Assembly: GCA_949358305.1 (NCBI GenBank)
Contig: OX442314.1
Coordinates: forward strand, 806,001 to 870,000
DNA length: 64,000 nt
Direction: 5' to 3'
Origin: Strigamia acuminata
Taxonomy: Eukaryota
Position numbers and translations under genes: made by a program. Positions within the stretch are counted from its first letter, which is position 1, and every line of letters begins with the position of its first letter. The notes under the pieces are model-generated. The model saw nothing but the letters and a program-made list of their open reading frames with translations. It was not told the DNA's origin and did not search any database. Positions 21,531 through 32,453 of the stretch are shown here, one piece after another.

Positions 21531-21849
21531 TGCATATTTTCTAAAATTTAATTATTTTTTGTTCGAAAATGCATTTATTTTGTCTGAATAAAATCCACTC
21601 TCTGCACAATAGTGCATTTTTCATCTGAATTTATTTCTCATAAAAATGCTTCTATAACCACACCCATCCCCTCGCAGTTCGGAATTTCAAGATGCAACCT
21701 CAAACTAAAGGCTACCGTAGTCACGCGGGATTACTCGGTTGTGATTGGTTACAATTTGTGATTCTTCCATAAGCCACGGGATAAAATCAGACGTCATAAG
21801 TCCGTATAAGTGGTTTCAATTCAATTTCAACACGATTAGTGGCGATAAA

Positions 21850-24546
21850 ATGAATCCAGAACTTGAAAACGTACCGTGTTTAATTTCGTACAAATTAAAC
21901 ACTCATCCACGTGTCCACGAACACACAGTGGACAGAATTATCGTTCTAAACGACGATGTGGTAAAGAAATTGGTCGAATGGTCAATTATTTAAACCAATT
22001 AAATGAAATGGTTTTTCTCTCTCTAGTTTACCATCGGTCGCGCTAATTCCGCCGATTTCGTCATCAAAAATCCAATCGTATCGTCGATCCATGCTATTTT
22101 CACCAGACGTAATGATGTGTGGCACGTGGCGGATGATAACGTATGTAACAATCGCTAAAATGGTTGATTTTTATTATATTCATTTTTTTAAATAATTGAC
22201 AGAGCACGAATGGAGTTTATGTTAATGAGGTGAAATTAGAAGCGCATAATGCCACGAGTCTCAAACATGGCGACACGGTTTGTTTCGGCGAGGAAACAGC
22301 GAGCCGGGAATTGTTATTCACGTTCAAAAGTGACGGGAGCGGAGAGAGTGATAGAGGTCCATCTGGCGGCGATAAAATGAAGAAGGAAAACGAGAGATTG
22401 GAGAAGGAGTTGAAGCGCGTGCAGGATGAATTAAGCCAGCAGAAGAGAAAAGCCGAGGAAACGTTGAAACGGAAACTGAAGCAGAAGGAAGAGGAATTCG
22501 AAAAGAAAATGGCAAAAATTTTATTTTTTTTGATTATTTTTTTAAAAATAATTAATGAAATTAATTTTGATTAATTTTTAGGCGATTGAAAAGGAGAAAG
22601 TTCGGACTCTGCTGGAACGAAAATCGAAAAATGGAAGGAGAAATGGCGGGAAAATAAGATTTGAAAGATTAGTTGACAACATGAAGGGTCAGGTGGACGC
22701 GAATCGATTGCAATTGGAGTTGGCGGAAGACGGCGATAAGAGTCGGTTGGAACGGATGCTCGAAGTGAAGGAGCGACATCTGGCGATTGTGAGCGAGGAA
22801 TTGGAGACGATGGCGGAGAAACACAAAAGTCAAAGCGAAATTGTGTCGAAACTCAGCTCGGTGCTCGAAAGCGAACTCGAGTGCTGTGTTTGTTCGGAAA
22901 TCATAATCAAGGTGATTTTCATTTTGGTTTTAATTTGGTTTTAACTTTCAATTTGATTTGATTTTGATTTTAATTTTAATTTTTAATTTAATTTTAATTT
23001 TAATTTTTAATTTAATTTTAATTTTAATTTTTAATTTAATTTTAATTTTAATTTTTAATTTAATTGTAATTTTAATTTCCAATTTGATTTGATTTAATTT
23101 TCAATTTTCAATTTTCAATTTTCAATTTGAGTTTAATTTTCAAATTTCAATTATTTGATTTCAATTTTCAATTATTTGATTTCAATTATTTGATTTCAAT
23201 TATTTGATTTCAATTATTTGATTTCAATTTTCAATTATTTGATTTCAATTATTTGATTTCAATTATTTGATTTCAATTATTTGATTTCAATTTTCAATTA
23301 TTTGATTTCAATTTTCAATTATTTGATTTCAATTTTCAATTATTTGATTTCAATTATTTGATTTCAATTTTCAATTATTTGATTTCAATTATTTGATTTC
23401 AATTTTCAATTATTTGATTTCAATTATTTGATTTAAATTTTCAATTATTTGATTTAAATTTTCAATTATTTGATTTCAATTATTTGATTTCAATTTTCAA
23501 TTATTTGATTTCAATTTTCAATTATTTGATTTCAATTTTCAATTATTTGATTTCAATTTTCAATTATTTGATTTCAATTTTCAATTATTTGATTTCAATT
23601 TTCAATTATTTGATTTCAATTATTTGATTTCAATTTTCAATTATTTGATTTCAATTATTTGATTTCAAATTTCAATTTTTTGATTTAAATTTTCAATTTT
23701 TTGATTTTAATTTTCAATTTTTTGATTTTAATTTTCAATTATTTGATTTAAATTTATAAATTAATTTGTTTTGATTTTAATTTTGATTTGCTTTTCCAGG
23801 CTGTCGTGTTGAATTGTTCGCATTCGTTCTGCTCGCACTGCATCAACGAATGGAAAAGGGAAAAGTGCGAATGTCCGGTTTGTCGAACGGAGATCACGAG
23901 TGAAACTCCGTCGCGTGTTTTGGATTCGATAATCGACAGCATGGTGGAGACGTGGTCCAGCGAATTAATAACGCGTCGTCGGCGATTAATCGAGAACAGA
24001 ATGAGCATCCAACACCAGCAACCTGTGCAACAACTTCCTGGACCTCTTCATTCTGTGCACGAAGATGATCTTCTAGAATTTTATTTGGAGCAACAATTTC
24101 ATGACCCAGAATTGTCTTGGATTTCCGATTCTTCCGACTCATTCTTGGCTGATGGGGAGGATTATTCCAACCACGATGAAGAAGGAGATGAACAAGAAAT
24201 TGAACAAGAAATTGAACTTGAACAACATGACGAAGAATGTGAACACGAAGACGAGGAATGTGAAGACGAAAACGAGGAATGGGAAGACGTAGACGAAGAA
24301 TTAGAATGTGAACACGAAGAATTAGAATGTGAACACGAAGAATTAGAATGTGAACACGAAGAATCAGAAGGTGAAGACGAAGACGAAGAAGCAGAATGTG
24401 AAGACGAAGACGAAGAATGTGAACACGAAGATGAACAAGAAGAATGTGAACAAGAAGAAGAAGACGAAGAATGTGAAGACAAAGATGAAGATGATGAAGA
24501 ATATGAACAAGAAGAAAATGACTCTTTTGATTCTTATTCAGATTGA
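21850..24546 (+). CDS. RNF8: RNF8-like E3 ubiquitin ligase (FHA, coiled coil, C3HC4 RING) with long acidic tail
   Basis: Predicted exons 21850-21960, 22027-22140, 22203-22511, 22582-22911, 23800-24546. FHA motifs FTIGR..., VSSIH, STNGVYVN; RING ELECCVCSEIIIKAVVLNCSHSFCSHCINEW...ECPVCR. Third donor is non-canonical (ATG/GCAAAA), so intactness is uncertain. Confidence 0.85.
22930..23790. repeat. Intronic AT-rich satellite (TTCAATTATTTGAT / TTCAATT units)
   Basis: Directly visible expansion inside the intron that splits the RING domain. Confidence 0.9.
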
Positions 24547-25665
24547 TAAGAAAGATGATGCTTATGTTTAAAAATATTTAATTCTCTCTTAAATCTTACA
24601 TAAAACACCGAAAAATATATTTTTTTTTACTTAAATAGTAACTAACTGTAACATTAAATTCAAGCATTTCATTCACCATCATGAGTTCTACATTTCTTTG
24701 TCTTATTTTGAATTTGTACACATTTTTGTAACTTACAGGCAACATTAAAAAACAATTTACCGTATACACTTGTGCATTGAAAAACATTTTATTTTTAACC
24801 AATGCTCTGTTTTTGTATTTAAAGTGTAGGTTGGCGTCCAAAATGATTTTTATTTCGACCTCCGTATCAAAGGTTGGTCAATTTAAAAGAAAAAAAAATT
24901 GTACTAATTATTTATTATTTTATTTGTTAAACTATTTTTTTCCTCATTTTTTCTCATCAGTTTGAATATTTATTTGTGAAATTGACATTATTTTCAAGAA
25001 TTTATCTGAATTCTTCAATTTTTGTTGACAAACGGATTGGAATTTCAACGTGGCATCTCAAGACTACCGTAGTCATGTGTGTTTATTGTTTGCTCGGGCT
25101 TTATTTGATGTGCGATGGCTATCGTTTCTCCTGTCTTACGTAAATGATAGGCGTAAGTAGCCTTGATACGAAGCGACGTTGCAAGTCCCTACACAAGTGG
25201 TTTTACGTGGTCTTAGCACACATTAGTCCAGGTACACACAGCTGAATTAGAAAATGAATCCGGAAATCCAATCCGGAGCATTTTCAGTTTCGTAGAGAGA
25301 GAGAGAGGTCCATCTGGCGGCGATAAAATGAAGAAGGAAGACGAGAGATTGGAAATGTAATCTCGGCTGAACGAAGTGAAGCGGAGCGAAGCGGAGCGAA
25401 CGAGTGAAAGCCGATAACATTCACTCGTGTAATTGGAGGTTTAACAGGAGATGGCGCTACTAGTCGGGTTACGTCAGTCTTAAAAGCTATCCTGGAAAAA
25501 AGGAAGTGAAGGACAAAATGGAGTCGACGAAATCAACGGTGTTGACGGTAAGCGTGATTTTCGTTCATTTTTAAACATTTAGAACGCTAGGTAGTGATTG
25601 AAAACGAATTAGTTTGTGTTAGATGGAGCTTAGATAATTTAGTTGTGACAAGGGAGGTCGGTGGG

Positions 25666-25791
25666 TCCTGTTAAACCTCCAATTACACGAGTGAATGTTA
25701 TCGGCTTTCACTCGTTCGCTCCGCTTCGCTCCGCTTCACTTCGTTCAGCCGAGATTACATTCACTCTTAGTAATCTCCGGCTAAACAGGAG
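25666..25791. repeat. DIRS internal complementary region (ICR)
   Basis: 25666-25761 is the reverse complement of 25354-25449; 25758-25791 is the reverse complement of 30165-30198; the two halves overlap at CATT. Confidence 0.93.
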
Positions 25792-25889
25792 ACTTGAAAG
25801 GTAACTTTTTTCCATAGGATAAAAATAAAAATGTTTTGGAAAAAACAAATTTAACAATTTTTCAGTTTAATCATTTTTTATTTATGAAT

Positions 25890-27029
25890 TTATTTTGGAA
25901 TTGGTCTGTTTAGGACTGATTCCTGAAAAGCATTGTGGTTGACAATTGTTTTGTTGTAGAACCTCGCGAATGTTTGTTCGGAGGTCCAACCGGCAACACC
26001 TAATATTTGTTGTACCGGAATAACACTGGCGGCTGCGCTGGTGGCCGCAGCTCGCGTCGAATGAGCACCAAACTCTTGACCGACGCCGATCTTTTTTTTT
26101 TTTAAAAAATCCTTAATCCATCGTCGCACAGTATCTTTGGTAGGTGCGGCATGGGGTGGTTGTAATTTTAAGAACAAACCATCGTCCTTGCGTAACGGAT
26201 TTGTTTTGGCCAAAAAATCCATCAGGGCCTTGAAAGGGCAGATGGCCCGTTCTTGCAAATAAGGGGCCACTCGAAATACAGTATGGTGTCCAACACGAGA
26301 ATGCTTGTGTAAAGTTTTCGGGTTGAAAATGACCGCGTCAGTTGAGACTGTCATCTCCGAAATTTTAAAACTTTGCAGCGAGCTGACCCTGGCAGCAGTT
26401 GTTAAAGCCAGCAGCATGAGCAGTTTTTCTTGGAGTTGTCTCCAATCGAGATCATCATGCGGCCAGAGTTTTCGCAGGGCGTTCAGAGCTAGGCCCACGT
26501 CCCAAGTGGCCACATAACGTGGTAAGTTCGGCCTTAAATTATTAACTCCTTTTAGAATTCGGGCGATACGATCATCAGCTCTAATTGACGGGTCAATGAA
26601 GCCTGCGGCGGTGATGGCCGCTAAACTTCCCGAAATGGAGGAGTGTGACAAGCCTTCATTGAATCTTGAGGCGATGAAATTTGCGGTATTGACGAGCGTT
26701 AAACGATAGTTTGGGTCAAGACTGGGAGGGAGTGGATTGGAATAAGGTGACCCTTCACCAGAAAATTCCGTCCACCTCTTAATTCCCGCCGTGTACGTTC
26801 TGACAGTTGTCGATCTCCACCCGGCCGAGTACAAGTTGGCAGCGTCCGGCGAAAAGCCTCCTGCGATGAGGTCACTCCACTGACTTTGCAGCCAAGGAGC
26901 TGCAGGGCCTGGAGAGGAAACTGGGCCTCTGGTTGATGAACCAACATCAGATGTTCTGGGGCCGGAAAGGACACTGGTACTGCGACCAAGCAGTCCAACA
27001 GTGGTACAAACCACGCTTGTGAGGTCCAT
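25890..27029 (-). CDS. DIRS tyrosine recombinase
   Basis: LALTTAARVSS (R), HKHSR (K), HSTRAAATS (HxxR), AGW, TFARFY (catalytic Y); overlaps the end of the RT ORF as usual for DIRS. Confidence 0.93.
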   Translation of the reverse strand: MDLTSVVCTTVGLLGRSTSVLSGPRTSDVGSSTRGPVSSPGPAAPWLQSQWSDLIAGGFSPDAANLYSAGWRSTTVRTYTAGIKRWTEFSGEGSPYSNPLPPSLDPNYRLTLVNTANFIASRFNEGLSHSSISGSLAAITAAGFIDPSIRADDRIARILKGVNNLRPNLPRYVATWDVGLALNALRKLWPHDDLDWRQLQEKLLMLLALTTAARVSSLQSFKISEMTVSTDAVIFNPKTLHKHSRVGHHTVFRVAPYLQERAICPFKALMDFLAKTNPLRKDDGLFLKLQPPHAAPTKDTVRRWIKDFLKKKKIGVGQEFGAHSTRAAATSAAASVIPVQQILGVAGWTSEQTFARFYNKTIVNHNAFQESVLNRPIPK

Positions 27030-29983
27030 TTTGGTACTACTAGAAGTACCGTGGCTTGATCCTGGCGGATTTTTTGTAAAATCCTAGAAATTAAACAAAA
27101 AGGAGGAAAGGCGTAAGCAAAAGTTTCTTTCCAAGAATGGGAGAACGCATCTATCCTGTAAGCGAAGGGGTCAGGGCCCCAAGAAAAATATTTTGGTAAT
27201 TTATGGTTTAATCTCGTAGCAAACAGATCAATCTCGGGCAGTCCGAATAGGGATTTTAATTTATTAAACATTTTTGGAGATAAGCTCCATTCCCCATCCG
27301 TAGTTAAAAAATTACGCGACAGATAGTCGGCCATAACGTTTTCCTTGCCGGGAATGTGAATTACTGAAAGGTCAATATTTAATCTTTGGGAATCTTCCCA
27401 CACTAGTCTACCAAAATGGTGGAGTTGCTGGACCTTACTGCCCTGGTTCCGGAACACGCTCACTACTGTGGAGCTGTCGGAATGAAACAAAACGTGTTTT
27501 TTGCCGTCAAAGGGGGCAAAAACCTTCCAGGCGAACCAGAGGGCCAAAAGTTCCTTGACATTAATGTGAAAATCATTTTCCTCAGCTGTCCACTGGCCAT
27601 TTGCAGAGCGGGAGTTCCAACTGGCTCCCCAACCCAAATTGGAGGCGTCGGTGAAAACCTCCGTATCCACATCGCGACGGTTTAGATCTTTGGGGGAGAA
27701 ATTTTCTAATTTAGTCCATCTAGACAATTCGGCCTTGATGTCGGGGTAATTTTTAACTAAAGTATTATAGTTGTGGTCATGAAGGAACAACTGTCCTGTT
27801 TTGAAAGATTCCAGGGGCTTTATGTTCCAAAAACCGTCAGAAAGCGCTGGCTCGGCGGAAACTAAATTGCCAATAAAAATGGCCAAATCCTGAATAGAGA
27901 AATTCTCCAATTGGAGAAGGCGTGAAGCTAGCTTAGTTATTTTTACGATTTTCCTTTCTGGAAGTGACACTTCCATTTTTCTAGAGTCTAGTGTTAATCC
28001 TAAAAATTCTATTCTAGTTTTGGGAATAAATTCGGATTTTTCCCAGTTAATGCAGAGGCCTAATTTTTGAAAAAAATTTATTACGTCGATACAGGCGCTT
28101 TTAGCCTCGCAAAAGGAATCACACAGAAAAATTCCGTCGTCCAAATAAGGGATTCCGCAAATCCCCCAAGTCCTCAACTCGGAAAAAACAGGGCACATAA
28201 CCTTAGTAAAGGTCCGTGGGGCACTTGCCAAGCCCATTGGCATTACCTGATATTCGTATAACTGGCCTTGCCACAAAAAACGTACATATTTCTTAAATTC
28301 GTTTTTAATTGGTAACAAATAAAAGGCGTTAGTGAGGTCGATTTTAAACATAAATTGACCCTTTTTCATAAGGTTTATCGCATCTTTAAGCGAGGCCATT
28401 TTAAAATGGAGATATTCTAAGCTCTCGTTGAACTTTTTTAGATTTAAAATTATCCGTACAGATCCGTCCGGCTTGGGGACGGCGAAAATTGGACTTAAGT
28501 ATTCGCCTTCAACGTGGGCGACCTGTTTAATTATGCCTTGCAGGCAAAGCTTGTCCACAGCTTGGGAAATTGCAGAAGTTTCGCTCAGTTTCATTCTATA
28601 TTCCGTTCTTTTAACGTGAACGAGCTTGTCGAAATTTAGATCGAATTTTATGCCCGACAGGGCAGATAATACAAAAGGATTGGATGTGATCTTACGCCAA
28701 ACAGGCAAGTAATATTGTAAATTCCCTGGCTTAAAGGACAGATGCGATATGTGTAAATTAAAGAACAACTCTTTATTTCTTACATTTTCATTTTCAATTA
28801 CAGGTGATTCTGTCGCTACTTCTTGTAGGATTTCCCGCGCTGGTTCTTCCCCCGATCTGCAAAGAGAATCGGAATTAGTAAACTCGGTTACAGGATTAGA
28901 ACAAACAATGTTCATACTATTTTGGCGCTTAAAATCGAAACTTCTTGAGTTGTCTGAGCGCTTGTAATCGTATTTATTATCGTACCTATTGTACGGGTGG
29001 AAGCGGCGGTAATTCTTGTCCCTGTCGGACTTGCGATTTTCGGCTTTATCAAAAGTGGCCTTGGAAGTAACCTTCTTTAATTCGTCGAATTCTTTGATCT
29101 GCTTCGACAAATCCGGGCCAAACAGGTCGGATGGGAAAACAACCTTCCCTTTTGCAAACTGCTTGTATCTAGGTGCGAGCGAGTCCGCGAAGTCCAGACG
29201 TCGGCGTAACGTTAGCGCCGTATTCATTGCGCCCAGCAGCGTCATGGCCTCGGCCAGGTGGATGACCAGTGAATTGGGGTCCAAATTTCCCGCCACTACG
29301 TCCTTCATTGCCGAAGCAAGCGGAATGTAAGCTTTCAAAACGAGCTTTTGATGTTTTAGAGACGTCGTGTCTCTCGACCTTATCCAAGGCTGCACTTCTC
29401 CAAACAGAGTGCCGTCCACTTTAGGCGGGTCCAAGTATTTTGCGTTTTCAGGGATTATTAGCTTTTCAACTAATTGATCCCTAAATTCCGTCGAGGTCTC
29501 AAAAAGCGATTTGCTTACCAAAGCCTCTAATTCGGCGGGCCAGGCGTCGCCAAACTTGGTCTCGGCGCCCAAAAGTTTCGAAACATCCGAAAAACCAACT
29601 TTGGTTGCTGGAGTCGGAGCCGTTGAACCGTCAACTGGCTTGCTTGTGACGACAAGGGGAACTGCGATTGCGGGGTTCAACAACGAAGTTGTCCCGTCAG
29701 TGGCTTTTGGGGTAGGTACAGCACCTGGCCCAGCCATCGCGGTGTTCTGCGGCGAAACGACGACCGTTTTCGCAGTTAGCAAATTTTGCATTATGTCTTT
29801 TAGCTCGTACACAGTGTCGGCTAGACATTCGATCCTATTTTGCATCCTTCTCGGCGAAGGTGGCTCTTCTACGATCTCTTCTTCGTGGTTAGGTTCGTGG
29901 ACCTCCTCATTTTGGAGATTTTGGACCACGTGGTCGTTCAAAGTAGGGAATCCAGAATCGGTAATCATAACTTGGGAATTCAT
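26699..29983 (-). CDS. DIRS Gag-RT-RNase H-methyltransferase-like polyprotein
   Basis: Gag-like N-terminal ~355 aa; RT FAVPKPDG, IDLTNAF, MPMGLASAPRTF, YLDD; RNase H FTDAS, HINVKEL, SDS, ADYLSR; adenine-MTase-like IDLFA, DAF, YAFPPF, VPKW. Confidence 0.93.
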   Translation of the reverse strand: MNSQVMITDSGFPTLNDHVVQNLQNEEVHEPNHEEEIVEEPPSPRRMQNRIECLADTVYELKDIMQNLLTAKTVVVSPQNTAMAGPGAVPTPKATDGTTSLLNPAIAVPLVVTSKPVDGSTAPTPATKVGFSDVSKLLGAETKFGDAWPAELEALVSKSLFETSTEFRDQLVEKLIIPENAKYLDPPKVDGTLFGEVQPWIRSRDTTSLKHQKLVLKAYIPLASAMKDVVAGNLDPNSLVIHLAEAMTLLGAMNTALTLRRRLDFADSLAPRYKQFAKGKVVFPSDLFGPDLSKQIKEFDELKKVTSKATFDKAENRKSDRDKNYRRFHPYNRYDNKYDYKRSDNSRSFDFKRQNSMNIVCSNPVTEFTNSDSLCRSGEEPAREILQEVATESPVIENENVRNKELFFNLHISHLSFKPGNLQYYLPVWRKITSNPFVLSALSGIKFDLNFDKLVHVKRTEYRMKLSETSAISQAVDKLCLQGIIKQVAHVEGEYLSPIFAVPKPDGSVRIILNLKKFNESLEYLHFKMASLKDAINLMKKGQFMFKIDLTNAFYLLPIKNEFKKYVRFLWQGQLYEYQVMPMGLASAPRTFTKVMCPVFSELRTWGICGIPYLDDGIFLCDSFCEAKSACIDVINFFQKLGLCINWEKSEFIPKTRIEFLGLTLDSRKMEVSLPERKIVKITKLASRLLQLENFSIQDLAIFIGNLVSAEPALSDGFWNIKPLESFKTGQLFLHDHNYNTLVKNYPDIKAELSRWTKLENFSPKDLNRRDVDTEVFTDASNLGWGASWNSRSANGQWTAEENDFHINVKELLALWFAWKVFAPFDGKKHVLFHSDSSTVVSVFRNQGSKVQQLHHFGRLVWEDSQRLNIDLSVIHIPGKENVMADYLSRNFLTTDGEWSLSPKMFNKLKSLFGLPEIDLFATRLNHKLPKYFSWGPDPFAYRIDAFSHSWKETFAYAFPPFCLISRILQKIRQDQATVLLVVPKWTSQAWFVPLLDCLVAVPVSFPAPEHLMLVHQPEAQFPLQALQLLGCKVSGVTSSQEAFRRTLPTCTRPGGDRQLSERTRRELRGGRNFLVKGHLIPIHSLPVLTQTIV

Positions 29984-30454
29984 AATAGAATGTTATAAAA
30001 CTAATAAAGAAACAATTATTAGAAAGGTGTTCGAAAATATGAGATCCTTTAATTAAAAAGGGGAAAAAACGATATAAAAGCAAATTTTTCTTGTAGAGCA
30101 ATTCGAACCTGACCGCGCAACCCGTTAGTAGAACCGGAAGACGTAACCCGACTAGTAGCGCCATCTCCTGTTTAGCCGGAGATTACTAAGAGTGAATGGA
30201 ATTGAAGGGTCAGGTGGACGCTAATCGATCGCAGTTGGAGTTGGCGGAAGACGGCGACAAGAGTCGGTTGGAATTGGAACGGATGCTCGAAGTGAAGGAG
30301 CGACATCTGGCGATTGTGAGCAAGGATTTAGAAACGATGGCGGAGAAACCGACGAGAAACACAAAAGCCAAAGCGAAATTCTTACGAAACTCAAATCGGT
30401 GCTCGAAAGCGAACTCGAATGCGGTGTTTGTTCGGAAATCATAATCAAGGTTTC

Positions 30455-30715
30455 AATTTTCAATTTGATTTGATTTTAATTTTTAATTTGATTTGATTTT
30501 GATTTTAATTTTTAATTTGATTTGATTTTGATTTTAATTTTTAATTTGATTTGATTTTGATTTTAATTTTTAATTTGATTTGATTTTGATTTTAATTTTT
30601 AATTTGATTTGATTTTGATTTTAATTTTTAATTTGATTTGATTTCGATTTTAATTTTTAATTTGATTTGATTTTGATTTTAATTTTTAATTTGATTTGAT
30701 TTTGATTTGATTTTC
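30455..30715. repeat. Intronic 23-bp AT-rich tandem repeat (TTTGATTTGATTTTGATTTTAATTTTTAA-like)
   Basis: Directly visible in the RING-splitting intron of the second RNF8-like copy; unit length approximate. Confidence 0.8.
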
Positions 30716-31283
30716 CAGGCTGTCGTGTTGAATTGTTCGCATCCGTTCTGCTCGCACTGCATCAACGAATGGAAAAAGGAAAAGAGCCAATGTCCGGTTT
30801 GTCGAACGGAAATCACGACTGAATCTCCATCGCGAGTTTTAGACTCGATAATCGATAGCGTGGTGGACACGTGGCCCAACGAATTGAAAAGTTGTCGACG
30901 GCAATTAGTTGCGAGTAGACCGGGCAATCGATGCACGAGTTTCATGCGTCGGATGCAATTTTGCTGGGATCATTTTTATCTTTTTCTTCTTCTTCTTGTT
31001 TTTGCTTTTCTGCTTTATCATCTGCACCAATTAAAGCAAATTGAGAACAAGTTACGTTCTTTAGGTTTTGTTTAGTTTGTTGTGGTGGGCGCCATCTGTT
31101 GGGAACAATCGTTGCACGAAATAAAGGAGTGTGTTTGGTGATTGTTAAAGTTTACTCCGTGGTTTTTGTCTAATTTTTTATACTAATTTTTTTTTTTCTT
31201 GGGGTCTCTAAATTATTTTTTTTAAGCCTTGTCCCGGTGTTTGTTTACGCACGGCGTTAAATCGAGGCAGTACGGTATCTTAA

Positions 31284-31560
31284 GTTAAGGCACGTTAGGT
31301 TAGGTTCCGTTAGGTTAGGCTAAGGGCACGTTAAGTTGCGATTTTGTTCAAAAAGTTTTTGAACAATTTCTCAAGATTTCTCAAGATTTTGAACGACTTC
31401 TCAAGATTTTGGAAAAGATTTTGTCCGATTTCGCAAGATTTCTCAACATTTGCGCTATTTAACTTGAAATTTAGCAATTTCGAACGAGATTTCTCAAGAT
31501 TTGCGTCATTTAACTTGAAATTTAGCAATTTCGGACGAGATTTCTCAAGATTTGCATTGC
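31284..31560. repeat. TTAGG-containing stretch followed by TTCTCAAGATTT-type repeats
   Basis: GTTAGGTTAGG units at 31284-31335; repeated TTTCTCAAGATTT and a ~49-bp duplication at 31440-31555. Confidence 0.65.
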
Positions 31561-32280
31561 ACCTTTTCCTGCATTCATAACTTTTGTGGCTTTCAAGATA
31601 ATTTTGATAATTCTTTGACAATCTTTATCGCGACATGTAAAACATGTAAAACAAGCAAATCGGCTAACTTTGCAAAATGTCACCCAACTTTAAATTGCCA
31701 TTGCGCAAGATCTTTCATGTTGGAATTCTCGGATCCGAAACAATACGAGTCATCACTAGGGTTAAAGATTACAAGTGTTTTATTCATTCAAATGCACAGG
31801 TTTAAATACGAAGATAATCAGCCATATCAACAATGCGCTTGTCACGTCCGCGCGCCCTCTTGCGACGTATTGGCGGTCGACATACACAATGTCCAACATT
31901 TCCTCTGCAGTATGCCAGCATCAGATGGCGCTTGGCATTGATTACGTCCCTTATAAAATGAGCAAGCATAATATAGTACTCTGACTAACTATAAGAATGC
32001 ACTCTTTCCCATTGGCCCAGCCGTTTTACTAGTGTAGTGATACCAAAAAATAGATCAAAACACTGGCTGACATTTTGAGTGCTTTCCAGGCAAAACAACC
32101 AATAAAAAAATTCAAAAATTATATTGTTATACTTGTATAAGTTATATAGGATTATTATTATTATATTTAATACATTGACTTTTGATAGGTTTTTAATCAG
32201 TGTTAGTAATTAAGTTTGAGTTTTTAATGTTAATTTCTTTAGACATGGGCAAGTCTATTAGTCTACTGAACTTTTTGTTG

Positions 32281-32453
32281 CGAGACTTGCAGTTTCTGCC
32301 TGTTTATTGCCTGTAGATACAGTGAAGCCGAGGAATTGTGAGATCTAGTACAAATTGAATCAAGTTGCTAACGAGACTTGCAGTTTCTGCCTGTTTATTG
32401 CCTGTAGATACAGTGAAGCCGAGGAATTATGAGATCTAGTACAAATTGAATCA
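32281..32453. repeat. Tandem duplication, 91-bp period
   Basis: CGAGACTTGCAGTTTCTGCC...AAATTGAATCA at 32281 and 32372. Confidence 0.9.

Larger units (their letters stand above)
25354..30198 (-). mobile_element. Complete DIRS1-type tyrosine-recombinase retrotransposon (about 4.85 kb)
   Basis: Inverted terminal repeats (about 25418-25475 vs 30140-30198), a terminal extension 25354-25417, an internal complementary region 25666-25791 matching both ends, RT/RH/MT and YR ORFs; AATG at both ends. Confidence 0.95.
25254..31075 (+). pseudogene. Second RNF8-like paralog, FHA deleted, interrupted by the DIRS element
   Basis: MNPE start homologous to 21850, early TAG, jump to GPSGGDKMKKEDERLE; resumes at 30196 MELKGQVDANR; duplicated GAGAAAC frameshift near 30345-30360; RING exon 30719-31075 followed by a hydrophobic tail. 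Confidence 0.85.

Noticed and set aside
24101..24571. N/K-rich and poly-Ser ORFs overlapping the acidic tail
   Set aside because: Alternative-frame and antisense shadows of the GAA-rich repeat.
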